From Octopus sinensis (lineage: Eukaryota), in assembly GCF_006345805.1 (NCBI RefSeq), contig NC_043021.1, positions 310,001 through 374,000 of the forward strand: DNA of 64,000 nucleotides. The letters are read 5' to 3'. How positions within the stretch are numbered: the stretch's first letter is position 1; each line of letters opens with the position of its first letter. The notes beneath the pieces are model-generated. The model ran no database searches. It worked only from the letters and a program-made list of their open reading frames with translations, and was not told the origin of the DNA. A program made the position numbers and the translations under genes. Shown here in pieces: positions 40,605-54,177 of the stretch.

Positions 40605-41174
40605 AAGTATATTATATAGATACATGGTGGCTGCCCCCTTGTTATCGAGTATGGCCATTGGACGAAGCTTAATCAATGTTGTTATCGTGCAATGCCTGTG
40701 CAAGAAGATTTTTTTTAAATGAGGAAATGCTGTGCACTGAGTCAATCCCACTCACTAAGCAACAGCAGCCATAATCCGAAAAGAAGAACAAGTCAACATC
40801 ATCGGTAACCACTGAGCTGCAGGCTTTATTACGGAGTTATCCCAGTTACCTGAGTTACCTTCTCCTAGAAGGATGCCCTAACAAAGGCTAGGAGTCCTTC
40901 ACTTCCAATGGTTTAACCGCGCGATCGGGTATTCAGTCCGATTATTTCTATGTCCCCGAACATGATAAAGCCTTAAGGCATTTATTGGATGGCCGTTGAC
41001 TCTCAAGAGTTCCTCCGCCCTTTGACGGGTTTTATTTTTCATCCGCAGGGTGCCAGTAAACAGCCTCCTCACCAAGCAAGCTTGGTGAGGTTGCGGTTTT
41101 AGTCGCCGAAGACCGACCATGCAACAGGTTGTACTGGGTTACATGTTACCAGTAGCACTCGAAAGTGACCTGAC
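40605..41174 (-). mobile_element. Probable LINE 5' UTR (RTE-like) without ORF
   Basis: Contains TAGGGCATCCTTCTAGGAGAAGGTAACTC, resembling from memory a recurrent RTE 5' UTR motif; 10-bp perfect hairpin 41067-41090; terminal 50 nt shared with 63696-63745. Confidence 0.5.
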
Positions 41175-41206
41175 ATAATATACTACATACATATGACATA
41201 CATAAC

Positions 41207-41276
<70 letters not shown>

Positions 41277-41290
41277 TACATATAAACATA

Positions 41291-41510
41291 AGGCGGCAAG
41301 TTGGCAGAGTCGTTAGCACTCCAGGCTAAACGCTTAGCGGCATTTCGTCCGTCTGTACTTTCTCAGTTGAAATTCTGCCGAGGTTGACTTTACCTTTCAT
41401 CCTTTTGGGAGATGATAAAATAAGTACCATTCGAGGACTGGGGGTGGGGTCGATGTAATTGACTAACCTCCTCCCCCGAAAATAAACTTGTGGTAAAAAT
41501 TTAAAATCAA
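41291..41510 (+). mobile_element. SINE family B, full length
   Basis: AGGCGGCAAGTTGGCAGAGTCGTTAGCAC...GAGGTTGACTTTACCTTTCATCC...AATAAGTACC. Confidence 0.8.
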
Positions 41511-42106
41511 TAATTTTATATATATATAAAATTATTCAGTGGATAAAAGAGGGGACAACTGATGAAGGGAATGTTATTTGTGTTGGCTGTTTGTTTCTTT
41601 AGTTGTTTGAAAAAATGTTCGTTTTCTATGTTTTTGTTTTTTATGTTCTCGTTTCTCATTTTGTCTACGTTTATTTGATGTCGTGTACCCATATACACAT
41701 ATACATGTAGGTATGTACATATATGTATGTATATATGCATATATTTATATTATATATATATGTGTGTGTGTGTGTGGATGTACCAATAAATATATATTGA
41801 TATCATTAGTCACCAACAATATTCTATAGAGCCTTTAGAATCTTGTGTCATATTTGGTCGTTACTCTCAGCTTGTCATTTTTTTGTGTCTTGTTCCAGCG
41901 ACCAGCAAATATATTTAAGCGAACCCCTTTCAGTAAAATGGCATCAGTAAATGGTCAGGTTCGAAGGGATAAGCAAACTGTTCTAGGTGAAACTCTACAA
42001 GAATATTGAATGGTTTTTCTCCCATTAGTACACCTATACGGTTGTGTGTATGTTTGTGTTTGTGTGTGTGTTTGTGTGTGTGTGTGTTTGTGTATGTGTG
42101 TGTGTT

Positions 42107-42153
<47 letters not shown>

Positions 42154-42259
42154 TAATATATTGGTACCGTTTGAGGATAGCTTTTTTGTAGAAATTTTGA
42201 AATAATTCTATACCACTGAATTTTAAAACCTATAGTAATGCTAAAACTAAAATCTGTCA

Positions 42260-42308
<49 letters not shown>

Positions 42309-42350
42309 TCTCTAGCTAGCTATCTATCTCTTTATATAAATATATAAATT

Positions 42351-42406
<56 letters not shown>

Positions 42407-43107
42407 GTAATGTGTATGTATGTATGTATGTATGTATGTATGTATGTGATGTATATATGTACGCGTGTATGTATGTATACAGTATACACACAAATATATA
42501 TACAGGCATACATGTTTGCGTACGTGTGTCTAATAACCTTTAGTTTTTAAATATATTTTACAGATATTCTAAGCTGCTTTCGTCTGTGAGGTATGTCTGG
42601 GATCTCCGGCAGGGGTTGGCTCTTTCAGCATCCGTCTGCTTTGCCAAGTTGACCCAATCAATGTCAATCCATCTATTTCTTAATGTCTCCACATTTCCTA
42701 CATCAATCTCTGAACTCTGTCATATAAATCTCTACTTAACACCTCCAGCGGCCATTTTTAAAATTATTTCTCCACCTCGTCACCTGACCACATTTCTCTC
42801 TTTTTTCACTTCAAATGCTCCTCTTCCACCCTACATCAGTATTAAGAACAAGCACATACACATACGCACACAAACTGTCCCGTATCCGTAGACTTAATGT
42901 TTTCCCTGGTCTTAATGGTGACAGCCAGGCTGCCTGCAAAACTGTCTTTCACTTTGCCAATATGTCTCCCCTCAAGCTTCTCATCGCACAACATTCAGTT
43001 GCCTGTTTATTTTTGACATTACCTCCTCCCCTACTCCCTCCTCCTCCTTCCCTCTTCTTCTAGTGCTGCTGCGGCTGGTACCACTACTACTACTACTACT
43101 ACTACTA

Positions 43108-43142
<35 letters not shown>

Positions 43143-43378
43143 CACCATCACCACCACCACTACTACTACTACTTTCATTTTCCTTTTATTTCTTCGATAA
43201 AATTACTTCATTCTTGTCGTCATCTGTTTTACCAAATCGCTTCCACAATGAGTTTTTGATGCATTGTTTGTGGTGGGTTTCTCCTATTGTTGTCATGCTT
43301 CCTCTTCTTAACACTTCACCAACACAGAAGTACTCATACATAATACAGACAGACAGACAGACAGACAGGACAGACAGT

Positions 43379-43475
<97 letters not shown>

Positions 43476-43478
43476 GTA

Positions 43479-44050
43479 CGCGGTGTCCGGGCTAAATTTG
43501 ACAGCTTCCTTAAAAGAAAAAGGAAACATCCCATCCAAAAATAAGTCTTTTAAAGAATCATAAATGTCAACTAGATCATGGCTCGGGGATAACAATTTGC
43601 TAAGGTTAGCCACCCTCATCTTCCACTACGACCTTAACCTGTCGCATGCGCCCCTAGAAAAATCTTCCAACACCTCCTTGATCTTGGCCACCAACTCGGT
43701 CTTGGTGTAGCAGGGAGAGCGGTTGGTTTCTTTCTCAATTGCGCCCCAAATATAATAATCCATGGGATTACAACCAGGAGAATTAGGAAACCAGAAATTG
43801 GAGCTGTAGAAGTTCTCCGACAACCACTTCTGATTCTTTCTGCGGGTATGGCAAGGAACTGAATCTTACTGCAAACTTACGGCCTCCCAGCAGCAACCGT
43901 CTTCAGTCATGGATTAACCAGTCCCCAGCAGTTTCACATAACCGTCTGAATTAAGTTTAGGCAATGTTCAAAGATGTAGAACAGCATGACGTCACTTTCA
44001 GAATGCCTGTTGTATCCGGTCCTGCAGGCCACGGCTTCCTAGTCTCTGTT
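43479..44050 (-). pseudogene. Tc1/mariner (maT, DD37D-like) transposase 3' half with one terminal repeat
   Basis: Q*DSVPCHTRRKNQKWLSENFYSSNFWFPNSPGCNPMDYYIWGAIEKETN; TA followed by CGCGGTGTCCGGGCTAAA at 43477-43496 resembles a Tc1/mariner TIR. Confidence 0.85.
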
Positions 44051-44377
44051 GCCGCCGCTGTCCATGTCACGCCTTACAGCCTATACACTGTTCACAGAGC
44101 ATTGAGCAACAGTCAATATGTCGGCGTATTGATGAAAATCGGCGCGAATCATCATGATACAGCTTGACCCTTTTCCGATATTCAGATGGCTTCCAGTGCT
44201 CCATCTCAGCAAACGTTTTCTCAATTACAACTTTGATCTTTCTGTTTTCCAGCATCGTTGTCTCTACTCTAATAATACATCAAGCTGTTCCCGAAAAAGG
44301 GGAAACAAAAATAATCATCAGATTTAGTCTGAATACCCTGCATATATATAAAAAAAAAAGTAAGACAACCACTAGGC

Positions 44378-44510
44378 ACATGGGCAACCAGTTAGAGCGT
44401 TGATTTCACGTTCATAAGGTCGTTGGTTCGGTTCATGCTTGAGGCAGTGCATTGTATCCTGGAGCAAGGTGATCCATTCTACTCAGATAAATGAGTACCA
44501 ATGGAGTGTT
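44378..44510 (+). mobile_element. Degenerate CORE-like SINE
   Basis: GGTTCGGTTC B-box remnant, TTGTATCCTGGAGCAAG core-like segment, ATAAATGAGTACC. Confidence 0.45.
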
Positions 44511-45010
44511 AGTATGGCTGTCTCTCCTGCAACTGTCACATCCTCGCTGTTCTGCTAGCTGAAGAGCGGGACGGCCGCCGTGAATGCGTCTCTGTCCTGT
44601 TCCTACCACGCAGACGCCTGAAACAATCAGCGGCAGCTTGGCACTTTCTAACAGCTCCGACTCACTTTCGAGTGACACCTGTAGCTTTTCTAGTTAATCA
44701 TATTATATGTATGTGTGTGTGTGCGCGCGTGTGTCTGTGCGTGTGTGTGTACGTGTGTGTGTATGTGTGTGTGTGTGTGTATGTGTGTGTGTGTGTGTGT
44801 GTAACATTGTGCATATCATGAATAACACGTTTGTGTACACACAAACATTGAACGGCTCTCGCAAGGAGACTATTTTCATCTTTGTGGCATCATGTGCGTA
44901 TACTCATTACATGCACACACGTACACTCACATACATATACACTCACACACACGCGTATGTAGTTATATATATATTATATATGTATATTGATATATATATA
45001 TATATCATAC

Positions 45011-45042
<32 letters not shown>

Positions 45043-45087
45043 GTACGTATGTATGTATATATATATGATTGTGTGTGTGTAGATAAT

Positions 45088-45211
<124 letters not shown>

Positions 45212-45362
45212 GTATGAACACCCACACATAAACACTGTCAGTACACCTACCCTCGTTTTCAATTAAGCAGTCCATGCCAAAATGAAACGACGTACCACAC
45301 AGACACACACACACAAGTGCATACATAAACATACAAAGCAACAACATCAACAAAATAAAGAT

Positions 45363-45363
45363 T

Positions 45364-45424
<61 letters not shown>

Positions 45425-45450
45425 TAATAATAATAATAATAATAATAATA
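45363..45450. repeat. (AAT)n microsatellite
   Basis: Direct reading. Confidence 0.95.
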
Positions 45451-45986
45451 AACGCAGTCTCTTCGCTAAACCTTAGCTCTCGGCATTGTCATAAATAACG
45501 GATCTCTCTCGAGATAAGCTAACCATTTTTTTTATTCCAATATATAATTGGTGAACCCATTTAGTCAATGGAATCACTGAAGTCTAAGTACTCAGATGTT
45601 TCTTCTGGGAATTGTCCGTTTTTCTTCCAGTTTTTTAATATTTATTTTCGTTTCGTGTTTGAGATTTTTGCTGTTTTTTTTGTGTGTGTTTTTGTGTATT
45701 TATGTATTTCTGCGGGATTTTGATGAGGAGGTAATTGTTGTCGTAGTTGTTGTAGTAATTGTTGCTGTCGTTGGTTTACATTTCTGCTTGCTTTTCTGGT
45801 CGTTTAGAGATTGGTGGTGAGAAGAGGAGAGTATTGAAATGTCTCGATCGATAGATTCTCTGATGCTTTCTTGCAAGAATGGACACAGGCATTGTCAAGC
45901 GTTTAAGAAATACGCTCCTCAGATCATTGAGTCTCGGATGCGGTCTCACACTACGTAACATCTAAGACAAGTGTCTTTTGCCACAG

Positions 45987-46124
45987 CTTTGGAGTGACTG
46001 CAGCTTTAGCAGTAAATCGGAGCAGATGGAAGCCCACTGGAAAAACTGTAACTGTAATTGATTATACCTGCATTACTACATATTGCGTCACGCTAATTCA
46101 GCCTAAGAATCACATTACGTGCAG
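45987..46124 (+). other. Candidate internal exon (138 nt, symmetric phase 2), product unknown
   Basis: Acceptor GTCTTTTGCCACAG, donor CAG|GTATGT; one open frame FGVTAALAVNRSRWKPTGKTVTVIDYTCITTYCVTLIQPKNHITC; no recognised homology. Confidence 0.3.
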
Positions 46125-46844
46125 GTATGTCTTAGGTATACTCAGCCACTTACCCGTTAAATTGATAATTAAGGTTGTACATTTAATTTAACAACTAGAA
46201 TACTTATCCCCGAAAATGACGAGGAACCCGTAAAAATAAGGATCTATGACTGAGTACGTATGTGTATAAATGTGCAAATAGTTTTGGTTTACTGCTCTGA
46301 GTTCAAACAGTAAGTGAGTTAGATATAAAAGAGATATAAAACGCGATGAAAAACAACTCAAGTAGCATGTCTACTTTACAGGTAATTTGAAATGTTTAGT
46401 AACATGAACTGACTGCGCTCCGTACTTGTAAGAATATATAAACTCTATATTCGTTATACTGCATGCTCAGTCATAGGAACCTCGCTTCGGTATGTGTATG
46501 TGTGTTTAGATTGTTTGTAGTGGTGTACAGATTATATATATTAAGAAAAAAGAGGTAGTCAGAATTTTGGATAATTATTTATTTAGCGCTTTCATCTCGT
46601 TTCATACGCACGTGTGATTATACACACACACACGTGTGCGTGTGTGTCTGTGTGTGTGTACGTATGTGCGTGTATGCGTGTGTTTGTGTATGTGTGTGTA
46701 TGTGTGTGTATGTTTGTGTGCGTGTGTGTGTATGTGTGTGTATGTATGTGTGTGTGCATGTGTTGTGTGTGCATGTGTGTGTGTGTGTGTGTGAGTGTGT
46801 GTGTGTGTGTGAGTGTGTGTGTGTGTGTGTGTGAGTGTGTGTGT

Positions 46845-46879
<35 letters not shown>

Positions 46880-47512
46880 CATATTCTATTATTGTCATCA
46901 GACCTACTCCCTGAACTTCAAACAATCCGACGCTGATACCCGAACAGACCATCGAAGCACGAGCTGGTCCTGGCATAATTGCAGAGTAAACACAATTCTC
47001 CTTGCTCATAGTGAGATTATTTCCCATCTGTGTGTTTTGTATGTGTATTTGCATGCAGGTATGTATGTGTGAATGTGTGTGTGTGTGTGTGTGCGTGCGT
47101 GTGTGCCCATACACAGATACACGGATGCATTTTCACACGCACACACACACTCACATATATACTCACACACACACACACATCTTATATGAATATATACCCT
47201 GCAGTTATAGAATTTGCATTGAGTTATGTGTGGATTTTGGTCTTCTTGATCGATTGAACAAGTTTTCATGCGCGCACATATACAAACACACACACACATA
47301 CATACACACACATACATACACATATAGAAATGTACTCACAAATATATATATGTATATATATATATAATGAATATGTGTGTGCTTGTGTAATATGCATATG
47401 AGTGCATATGAATATATGTAGACATTCTATATATGTATGTATACGTTTTGCATATAAGCATTACCATAGAGACACACATGCATGCTTGCATCTATACAAT
47501 ACATATATATAT

Positions 47513-47555
<43 letters not shown>

Positions 47556-48399
47556 ATGTTTCCATATTTGCATTAATAAACGAAATAAAACAAATCATCA
47601 GATATTCCGTACATGTCGTGTTAAACCACACACGTGTGTGAAAGTATGCCTGCATATGTATGTGTGTGTGTATGTTTGTGTGTACGGGTATGCGTGTGTG
47701 TTTTATATAAAAAAAAACAAAAACAAACGCAGGCCAAGCAACGAAAGACAGTACAAGGCAACTTGCATTATCCATGTGAGTTTGTTATAAATTCCTGTAT
47801 GAACGTGAAGAACATAAAAACAAAGAAAAAGAGCACGCAAATAAATAGGCACACACATTACACACACACATTAGCTGGAGTAAACACACACACACACACA
47901 GCACAAACAAAAATACAGGCACACATATCACTTATCGTAAAAACACACGCACGCTGGTACACACACACACACACACACACAAAGCTATTACGCATAAAAC
48001 AAAAAGCTTTTCTCGTAAATCTTTCCAAGAACTGCTATTTGCAATATGCTGTGAGTAGAACAATAGTGTTTCCTACTTTCTATTTTTCAGTGTGGTTTGG
48101 TGCAAGTGGAACCGCTGAGTTAAGTCTTTTGAATAGAATCGCTAAGGGTTCAATCCACCTTTACGTCTCCTATTCTCTTACATAGCCAGAAGAAATTTGT
48201 GCTTAATATCAACCAAACAAAATATGAATAGTAATAATAATTACTATTATTATTATTATTGTTGTTGTTGTTGTTGTTGTTACTATTATCATAAAATATA
48301 ATATCATTTTCAGTATTTAAATGTGTTGTATTTCCTAAGAATAATGACTCTAACTGCTACCCGTCCACTTTTTTCCGTCTGTTCAACAAGAGATAACCT

Positions 48400-48725
48400 G
48401 AAGCAATATAACTTGTATAACTAGTAATATTAACTCTTATAAACCGTAAATACACACTATAGCCACCACTACTATGCCAGAACTAACTATTATACCCACC
48501 TACAACTACTATAAACCACTAACAGAAACTACTGAGATCATCTATCACTACTATAGTCACGAATACTAACTATTATAACCGTCTGTAACTATTATCTAGC
48601 CACCAACTATTGTGGCTATCTACAACGACTACTAGTATTATAACCATTCCTAACTACTATACCACCCCCACCTATACTAAGAACTGTAACTATTACTATT
48701 ATGACCGCCAATACTAACTAACTGT
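48400..48725. repeat. Degenerate minisatellite of AACTA(C/T)TATA(A/C)CC-like units
   Basis: Recurrent AACTACTATA/AACTATTATA motifs at about 20-25 bp spacing. Confidence 0.6.
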
Positions 48726-48735
48726 TCTTTAACAG

Positions 48736-48860
48736 AATTGTTTCTGCCTGAGTTTGGTTTAATATTCAAAAAGATAACTCGGGGAAGATGGGAAGCAACA
48801 AGATGGCACCGTAAAAGAGCGTCATTTACAATGAGTGATCTCGCCTCGGCTGAGTTTCAG
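48736..48860 (+). other. Candidate internal exon (125 nt), product unknown
   Basis: Branch-like ACTAAC, acceptor TGTTCTTTAACAG, donor CAG|GTTAAT; open frame LFLPEFGLIFKKITRGRWEATRWHRKRASFTMSDLASAEFQ. Confidence 0.3.
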
Positions 48861-49205
48861 GTTAATTGTTGTGTTGCTACATTAAAATGTTTATATATTT
48901 GGCCCAAACCGTCAATGTATGTCTACCAACGAAATATAAGACATTATGAATTATTCAACGATTCCATGTATTCATTCATTTGGCATATTGTGAAGTCGCT
49001 GACAAACAGGCAGCAGAAGACTTGTGAGGAGTGATAACACAATTTATGTAATGTCATAACACATATGGGAAATGTACCATTATTTAATAAAACCACCAAT
49101 ATAAACTACCACTGGGACAAGGGAATCCCCAGAAACAGCAACTAAATTCCATCATATTATAACCTACAGCTTGAAGTAAAGAAGGACACATTCAATTGTG
49201 TAGCC

Positions 49206-49408
49206 CAGTGGTTCTCGATCTTTTAATATGCGGGCCAGATCTAAAATCTGGATTCTTGTAGCGGGGCCGCAGCAGAGAAAGTAAAACACAGATCAGTTAA
49301 AGAAAACGTTTTTATATTTATAGAGGAGAGACCATTGGGGGTCACCGGAAGGATTCTCTGGGGGGGGGGAGGGCATGCGGCCCTGGGATCTACGGTTAAG
49401 AACCGCTA
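49206..49408. mobile_element. hAT/Charlie-type non-autonomous element
   Basis: Left CAGTGGTTCTC, right GGTTAAGAACCGCT (decayed GGTTGAGAACCACTG-type TIR); target-site duplication not clear. Confidence 0.55.
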
Positions 49409-50680
49409 CTCTGAACCTACACAAACGTAAACGAAAGTGATGCTTGTGACTAGAATGTCTTTGATCGTAGGGTCTCCTCTATCAAGGCTGACCTGGGGCT
49501 AAACAACAACTACTGCCTTTCCTAGCTGCTACCGTTACTAACCTCAAGAATCACCAATACTGTTGTAGCCACCAATATTAATCCCTATGGCCGTCAATAT
49601 CCTATGAAGTACCAGTTAAGTAACCGGCTTACTCCTCTCCTAAAATCGCTGGCTTTGTGCCAAAATTTGAATCCAATATACTATAGTCATCCGTATTAAC
49701 ATAACCAGTATAACTACTACTAACTATTTTAATCCTTATTACGTGAAATGAAATATGTAACTGTCTGTCAACACGTGCAAATGTATTTTAACCTTTTTTT
49801 TTTCGTCATTTCCATGACTAATTTCAGTTTGATATAACCTAAAACTTACTCTGTTTGACACATCTTGAGACGTCTATTTTCATATTCATATATCGTACTA
49901 GAAAAGGAAATATTCCAATACAAAAGAAATGAAGACCTGTTTTATGTGTATTTTAACCCTGTAAAGTCTTTTGTTCATAATTTTCGACGCTTCAAATACT
50001 CCAAATTCATGACAAGTAAACAACAAAACTGAATGATTGATTCAGCTCTGAGCATTCTTTGTGTGTAAACAATATTATTGTATAAAAGCAATTATAATGT
50101 ATGTCTCTGTGACATGAGAAGAATTTAGTTGTTGCATCTAACAGTTTAAGCATCTAACACAGAGAGACACCCTCGCAGTAATGTCACAGTTAGAACTGGT
50201 TAAAATCGTTGTAAATTTTAAATAAAAAATGAAATATTTATATTAGATGCTGCTGAACTGATTATAACAAAATACTGGTTTTCTTTCACTTCTCACATTC
50301 ATTATTCTATTTGTTTCCACCTCTCTATTCTATTTATCTTTATATCTATCTATCTATGTATCTACCTATCTATCTATCTATTTATCTATCTATCTTACTC
50401 TGCCTCCGAACACCCCTTTATCTGGCTTTTCCTCTTCTCTTCAATTTCTCAAACATACTCTTTTTAAAAGTTAATAAAATCAAAGCAGGTTAACTGAATA
50501 GATGGAATTATCTATTTAAAGCCAAGAATACAAAATCCATGAATGAAAATGAGAAAGAATACATTGCTCCTTACTCTGAAATAAACTAATAAAGATGTTT
50601 CGTTTCTTGCATAGAGCTAATTTGGGTCGTCAGTAAGGTGGACATGCAAGCACGCAAGCAAACAAATAAACTTAAAGAAA

Positions 50681-50756
50681 ATGGCGGCACCTAATATTAT
50701 TAACGTTCTTGTCGCGGCTGTTGAACTCTACGCTTTGTTTGTCTATATGATGGCCT
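50681..50756 (+). CDS. Putative first coding exon, hydrophobic N-terminus MAAPNIINVLVAAVELYALFVYMMA (signal peptide/anchor-like)
   Basis: AAAATGGCGG start context, in-frame TAA upstream within the same exon, acceptor TTTCGTTTCTTGCATAG at 50614, phase-1 donor CCT|GTGAGT at 50757. Confidence 0.45.
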
Positions 50757-50929
50757 GTGAGTGTGTGTGTGCGTGTATGTGTGTGTGTGTGCGCGTGTGT
50801 ATGTATTGACTGGTGTAAAGAGTGTGTAAATGTTCCTATGTTCCTGATAGTTAAGTATTGGTACAGTTAATCAGGTTGTATTATAACAGCCAGTATGTCA
50901 GTAGGTACGTGTCGAATTGGTGACGTTTG

Positions 50930-51490
50930 GTGAATATCTCTGTCCAGACATTTAATTACTTCGCAGATTCATTCAGATTTTTTTAGGAAAAGGCTTTTCT
51001 CAGCTATGTTTAACCGCGGCACTTTGTGCGATTTCTCTATAGTCTGCATTTCTCGAAGATTCCTAACTTTATGCTGAAATCAGTAGCATGTTCTTTCACG
51101 CTCCAAACATAATTGGAAGGTTTTGTTGTATTCTGTTTTGCTATACTTATAAAGGATGAAGTGTGGTTCAATAACCGTTATTTAAATTTATCCTCCATCA
51201 TACCTATACAGTATTCATATATAATGTTAAGACTTTGAATGGCAAGATTAGGAAATTTTGAACAAAGTTAGGCTTAACTTTTAAGGAATAAAGAAGTATG
51301 AATAAGCTAATATTGCAACAGCTCTTCTTACTTTTAGATGGCAAACGTGATCCTATCTTCGAATCCATTAATTCATAGTACATTACTGTAGGGGTGGGTG
51401 CCAACAATGTCGAATATTTCATTATTAGATCATTCACGTGTTGGGTTATAGCTAACCTGTCATCTCTATAGAAGCCCAAATTTATTCTGA
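50930..51490 (-). pseudogene. Penelope-like element remnant (RT motif and GIY-YIG)
   Basis: INLGFYRDDRLAI (PLE GLYRDDG-like) and YCIGMMEDKFK*RLLNHTSSF...SNYVWSVKE. Confidence 0.65.
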
Positions 51491-51713
51491 AAAATGTTTT
51501 GATGATATATACATAAGCTATCAATATCGTATATTTCGCATGTACTGTGCATACATATATGTTTGTATGTATATTTGTATATATATATATATATATATTT
51601 ATAATATATATATATATTATATATATGTGTGTGGGTGTTTTGTACATACATATATATTATATATATGTATATATATATACACTAACACACACACACATAC
51701 ACACACACCAAAC

Positions 51714-51758
<45 letters not shown>

Positions 51759-53661
51759 ATATATATCATGGTGTACTGAGTGCTCTAATTTTATTCGTAT
51801 AAACCCGTACAACTCACTACATTATAAACATGTGTGAATGTCAACAACGTTTCTAAACCAAACTGCAAGGAACTGATATGAAACTATAAGGAAACCTTAA
51901 TTAAACAGATAAAACTGGAAGTTAGCGATGTTTCAAATAAAACATGCTGAAGACGTGTTCAAAAGAACACTTGTTTCCCATGTATGCAAGCATATATGCA
52001 TATATGTGTGTGTATGCGTTGTAATACATATATATAAATACACACATGTACACGCGCATGTATGTACGCATGTATGTATGCATGTATGTATGTATGTATG
52101 CATGTATGTATGTATGTATGTATGTATGTATGTATGTATGCATGTATGTATGCATGTATGTATGTATGTATGCATGTATGTATGTATGCATGTATGTATG
52201 CATGTATGTATGTACGCATGTATGTATGTCAACGTACATATAATTTATTTCAAGTGGTGTAAGGTAAACTTAATCAATAGCTGTCTTGATGTCTAATTCT
52301 GTTTACCCCAGGTGTGTAAAAAAATGTATGGCAACAACAACTGCTGCTACTGCTGCTACTACTACTACTACTAACTCTACTACTACTACTAATTTTATGA
52401 CAATATCTTCACTTCAACAGATTCATTTTAAGTGTCAGGCTAAAATTTTTTCAGCTTTTTCTTTCGTGTCTGCATATAATAGTAAAAGTGTGTACACGTG
52501 TGTGTGTGTGTATGTGTGTGTGTATGTGTGTGTGTATGTGGTGTGTGTGTGTGTATATTGTGTGTGTGTTTGAATCAATGTATGCGTGTGCACATTTGCG
52601 TGTGTATGCCTTGTAATTTGTGCGAGTGTGCACATGTGTGTGTGTGTGAATGCGTGTCTTTGTGTTTATGTTGTATGTATAAGGATGGGTGTCTGAAAGT
52701 GTGCCACCACGTACGTGTGCATCTATGCGTATGAGTGTGTATTTGTGTCCATGCGTGTATGTGTGTGTGTGTATCTTTATGTGTGAATATATTGTCTCTT
52801 TGTGAATGAGATGTTCTCTTGTGAATGTGTGTCGCCATGTGTGTCTACTCTCTTTCTCACACTTCTCTCTCTCTCTCTCCCTCTTTTACTCTATCACTCT
52901 CTCTCCCTTTCTCTCTCGTTCTCCTGTACTCTCTCACTCACTCACTCACTCTTTATTTATTAATTTCCTATGAATGTTTATGTATGTAGCTGTAAATATG
53001 TGTATATGCGGCATGCATCCTCTCTCTTCTTGTCGCACTAAACCACCTCCCCTCTCTCTCCTTACCTCTCTCTCTCTCTCACTCACTCACTCTCTCTCTC
53101 TCTCTCTCACTCCTTCTCTCCCACTCTCTCTCTCTCTCACCTTGTTAATTTTATGCAATCTATATTAACTTTCTTTCGACAAAAGATTTGAGTTTTTGTT
53201 GTTTATGTTCTTGTTAACGTCTTATTGGTTGTAGTTGTGACAGCGTTTTTGCTACTATTCTTGCTTTTGCTTGTTTATATTTATTATTATTATTATTATT
53301 ATTATTGTTATTATTATTATTATTTGTTGTTGTTGATGTTGTTGTTATTATTATTATTATCATTATTTTCAATTAGTTTTCCTTTACTCTTGTCTTTGAA
53401 GATCGATAAACGCACAAATACACGCGCGCACGCACAAACACTTTACTTAAGTGAAAAGTACTTCCCTGTCATATGTCACACTGATCGATTCAAACTGAGG
53501 AACATACAAACAATAAATAATAACAATAATAATAATAATAACAACAAAAATAATATTTTCCATAGATTGAAAAGAAAATAACTATACATGTAACTGAACA
53601 TATACACGAATGTAATTTAGTATAGGTATGTATATATTTTGTATGTATATATGTATATATG

Positions 53662-53721
<60 letters not shown>

Positions 53722-53764
53722 ATATATATCAATATATATATGTATGTGTGTGTGTGTGTGTGTG

Positions 53765-54083
53765 ACCCTCGTTCAGGTCTAACGACCCTCCATGTTTGTT
53801 TTCGTTCGGGTTCCTCGTATGTCTCCTGTGTCCTGTTTTTTGTTCCCAACTTTGACCCGTAAATCCCAAATTTTATTTTGGTACTTATTGGAGCATCTGT
53901 CTTCGAAGACTCATATTGTCGTTCAATGTTCGAGATGAGGGGTAGATGGACGGCCGACAACTGATGAAGGGTCGTTCTTTGTGTTACTTGTCCTATTTCC
54001 CATTTGTTTCTCTCGTTGTTTGCGTATTCAACTCATTTGTTTTCGTATTTCATGTTGCTTACTGTTGCTGATGTCCTGTGCCC
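53765..54083 (+). repeat. About 310-bp dispersed element (PLE-terminal-like); inverted copy at 57530-57830, partial copy at about 41550-41695
   Basis: Shared CATGTTTGTTTTCGTT...CTGTCTTCGAAGACTCATATTGTC...GCCGACAACTGATGAAGGGTC.TTCTTTGT.TTACTTG...GA.GTCCTGT.CCC. Confidence 0.8.
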
Positions 54084-54146
54084 ATATATGTATGTGTATA
54101 TATGCATGTATATATAATATATATATGCATATATATATGTATATAT

Positions 54147-54177
<31 letters not shown>

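Noticed and set aside
44545-44595. CTGAAGA-GCGG...CCGT-GAATGCGTC hammerhead-like string
   Set aside because: GAAA is incomplete and no stem I pairing exists; likely chance in a CpG-rich patch.
53890-53965. Type II hammerhead reading of the 310-bp element (GAAGACTCATA...CTGATGA)
   Set aside because: Stem II and stem III do not pair in either copy.
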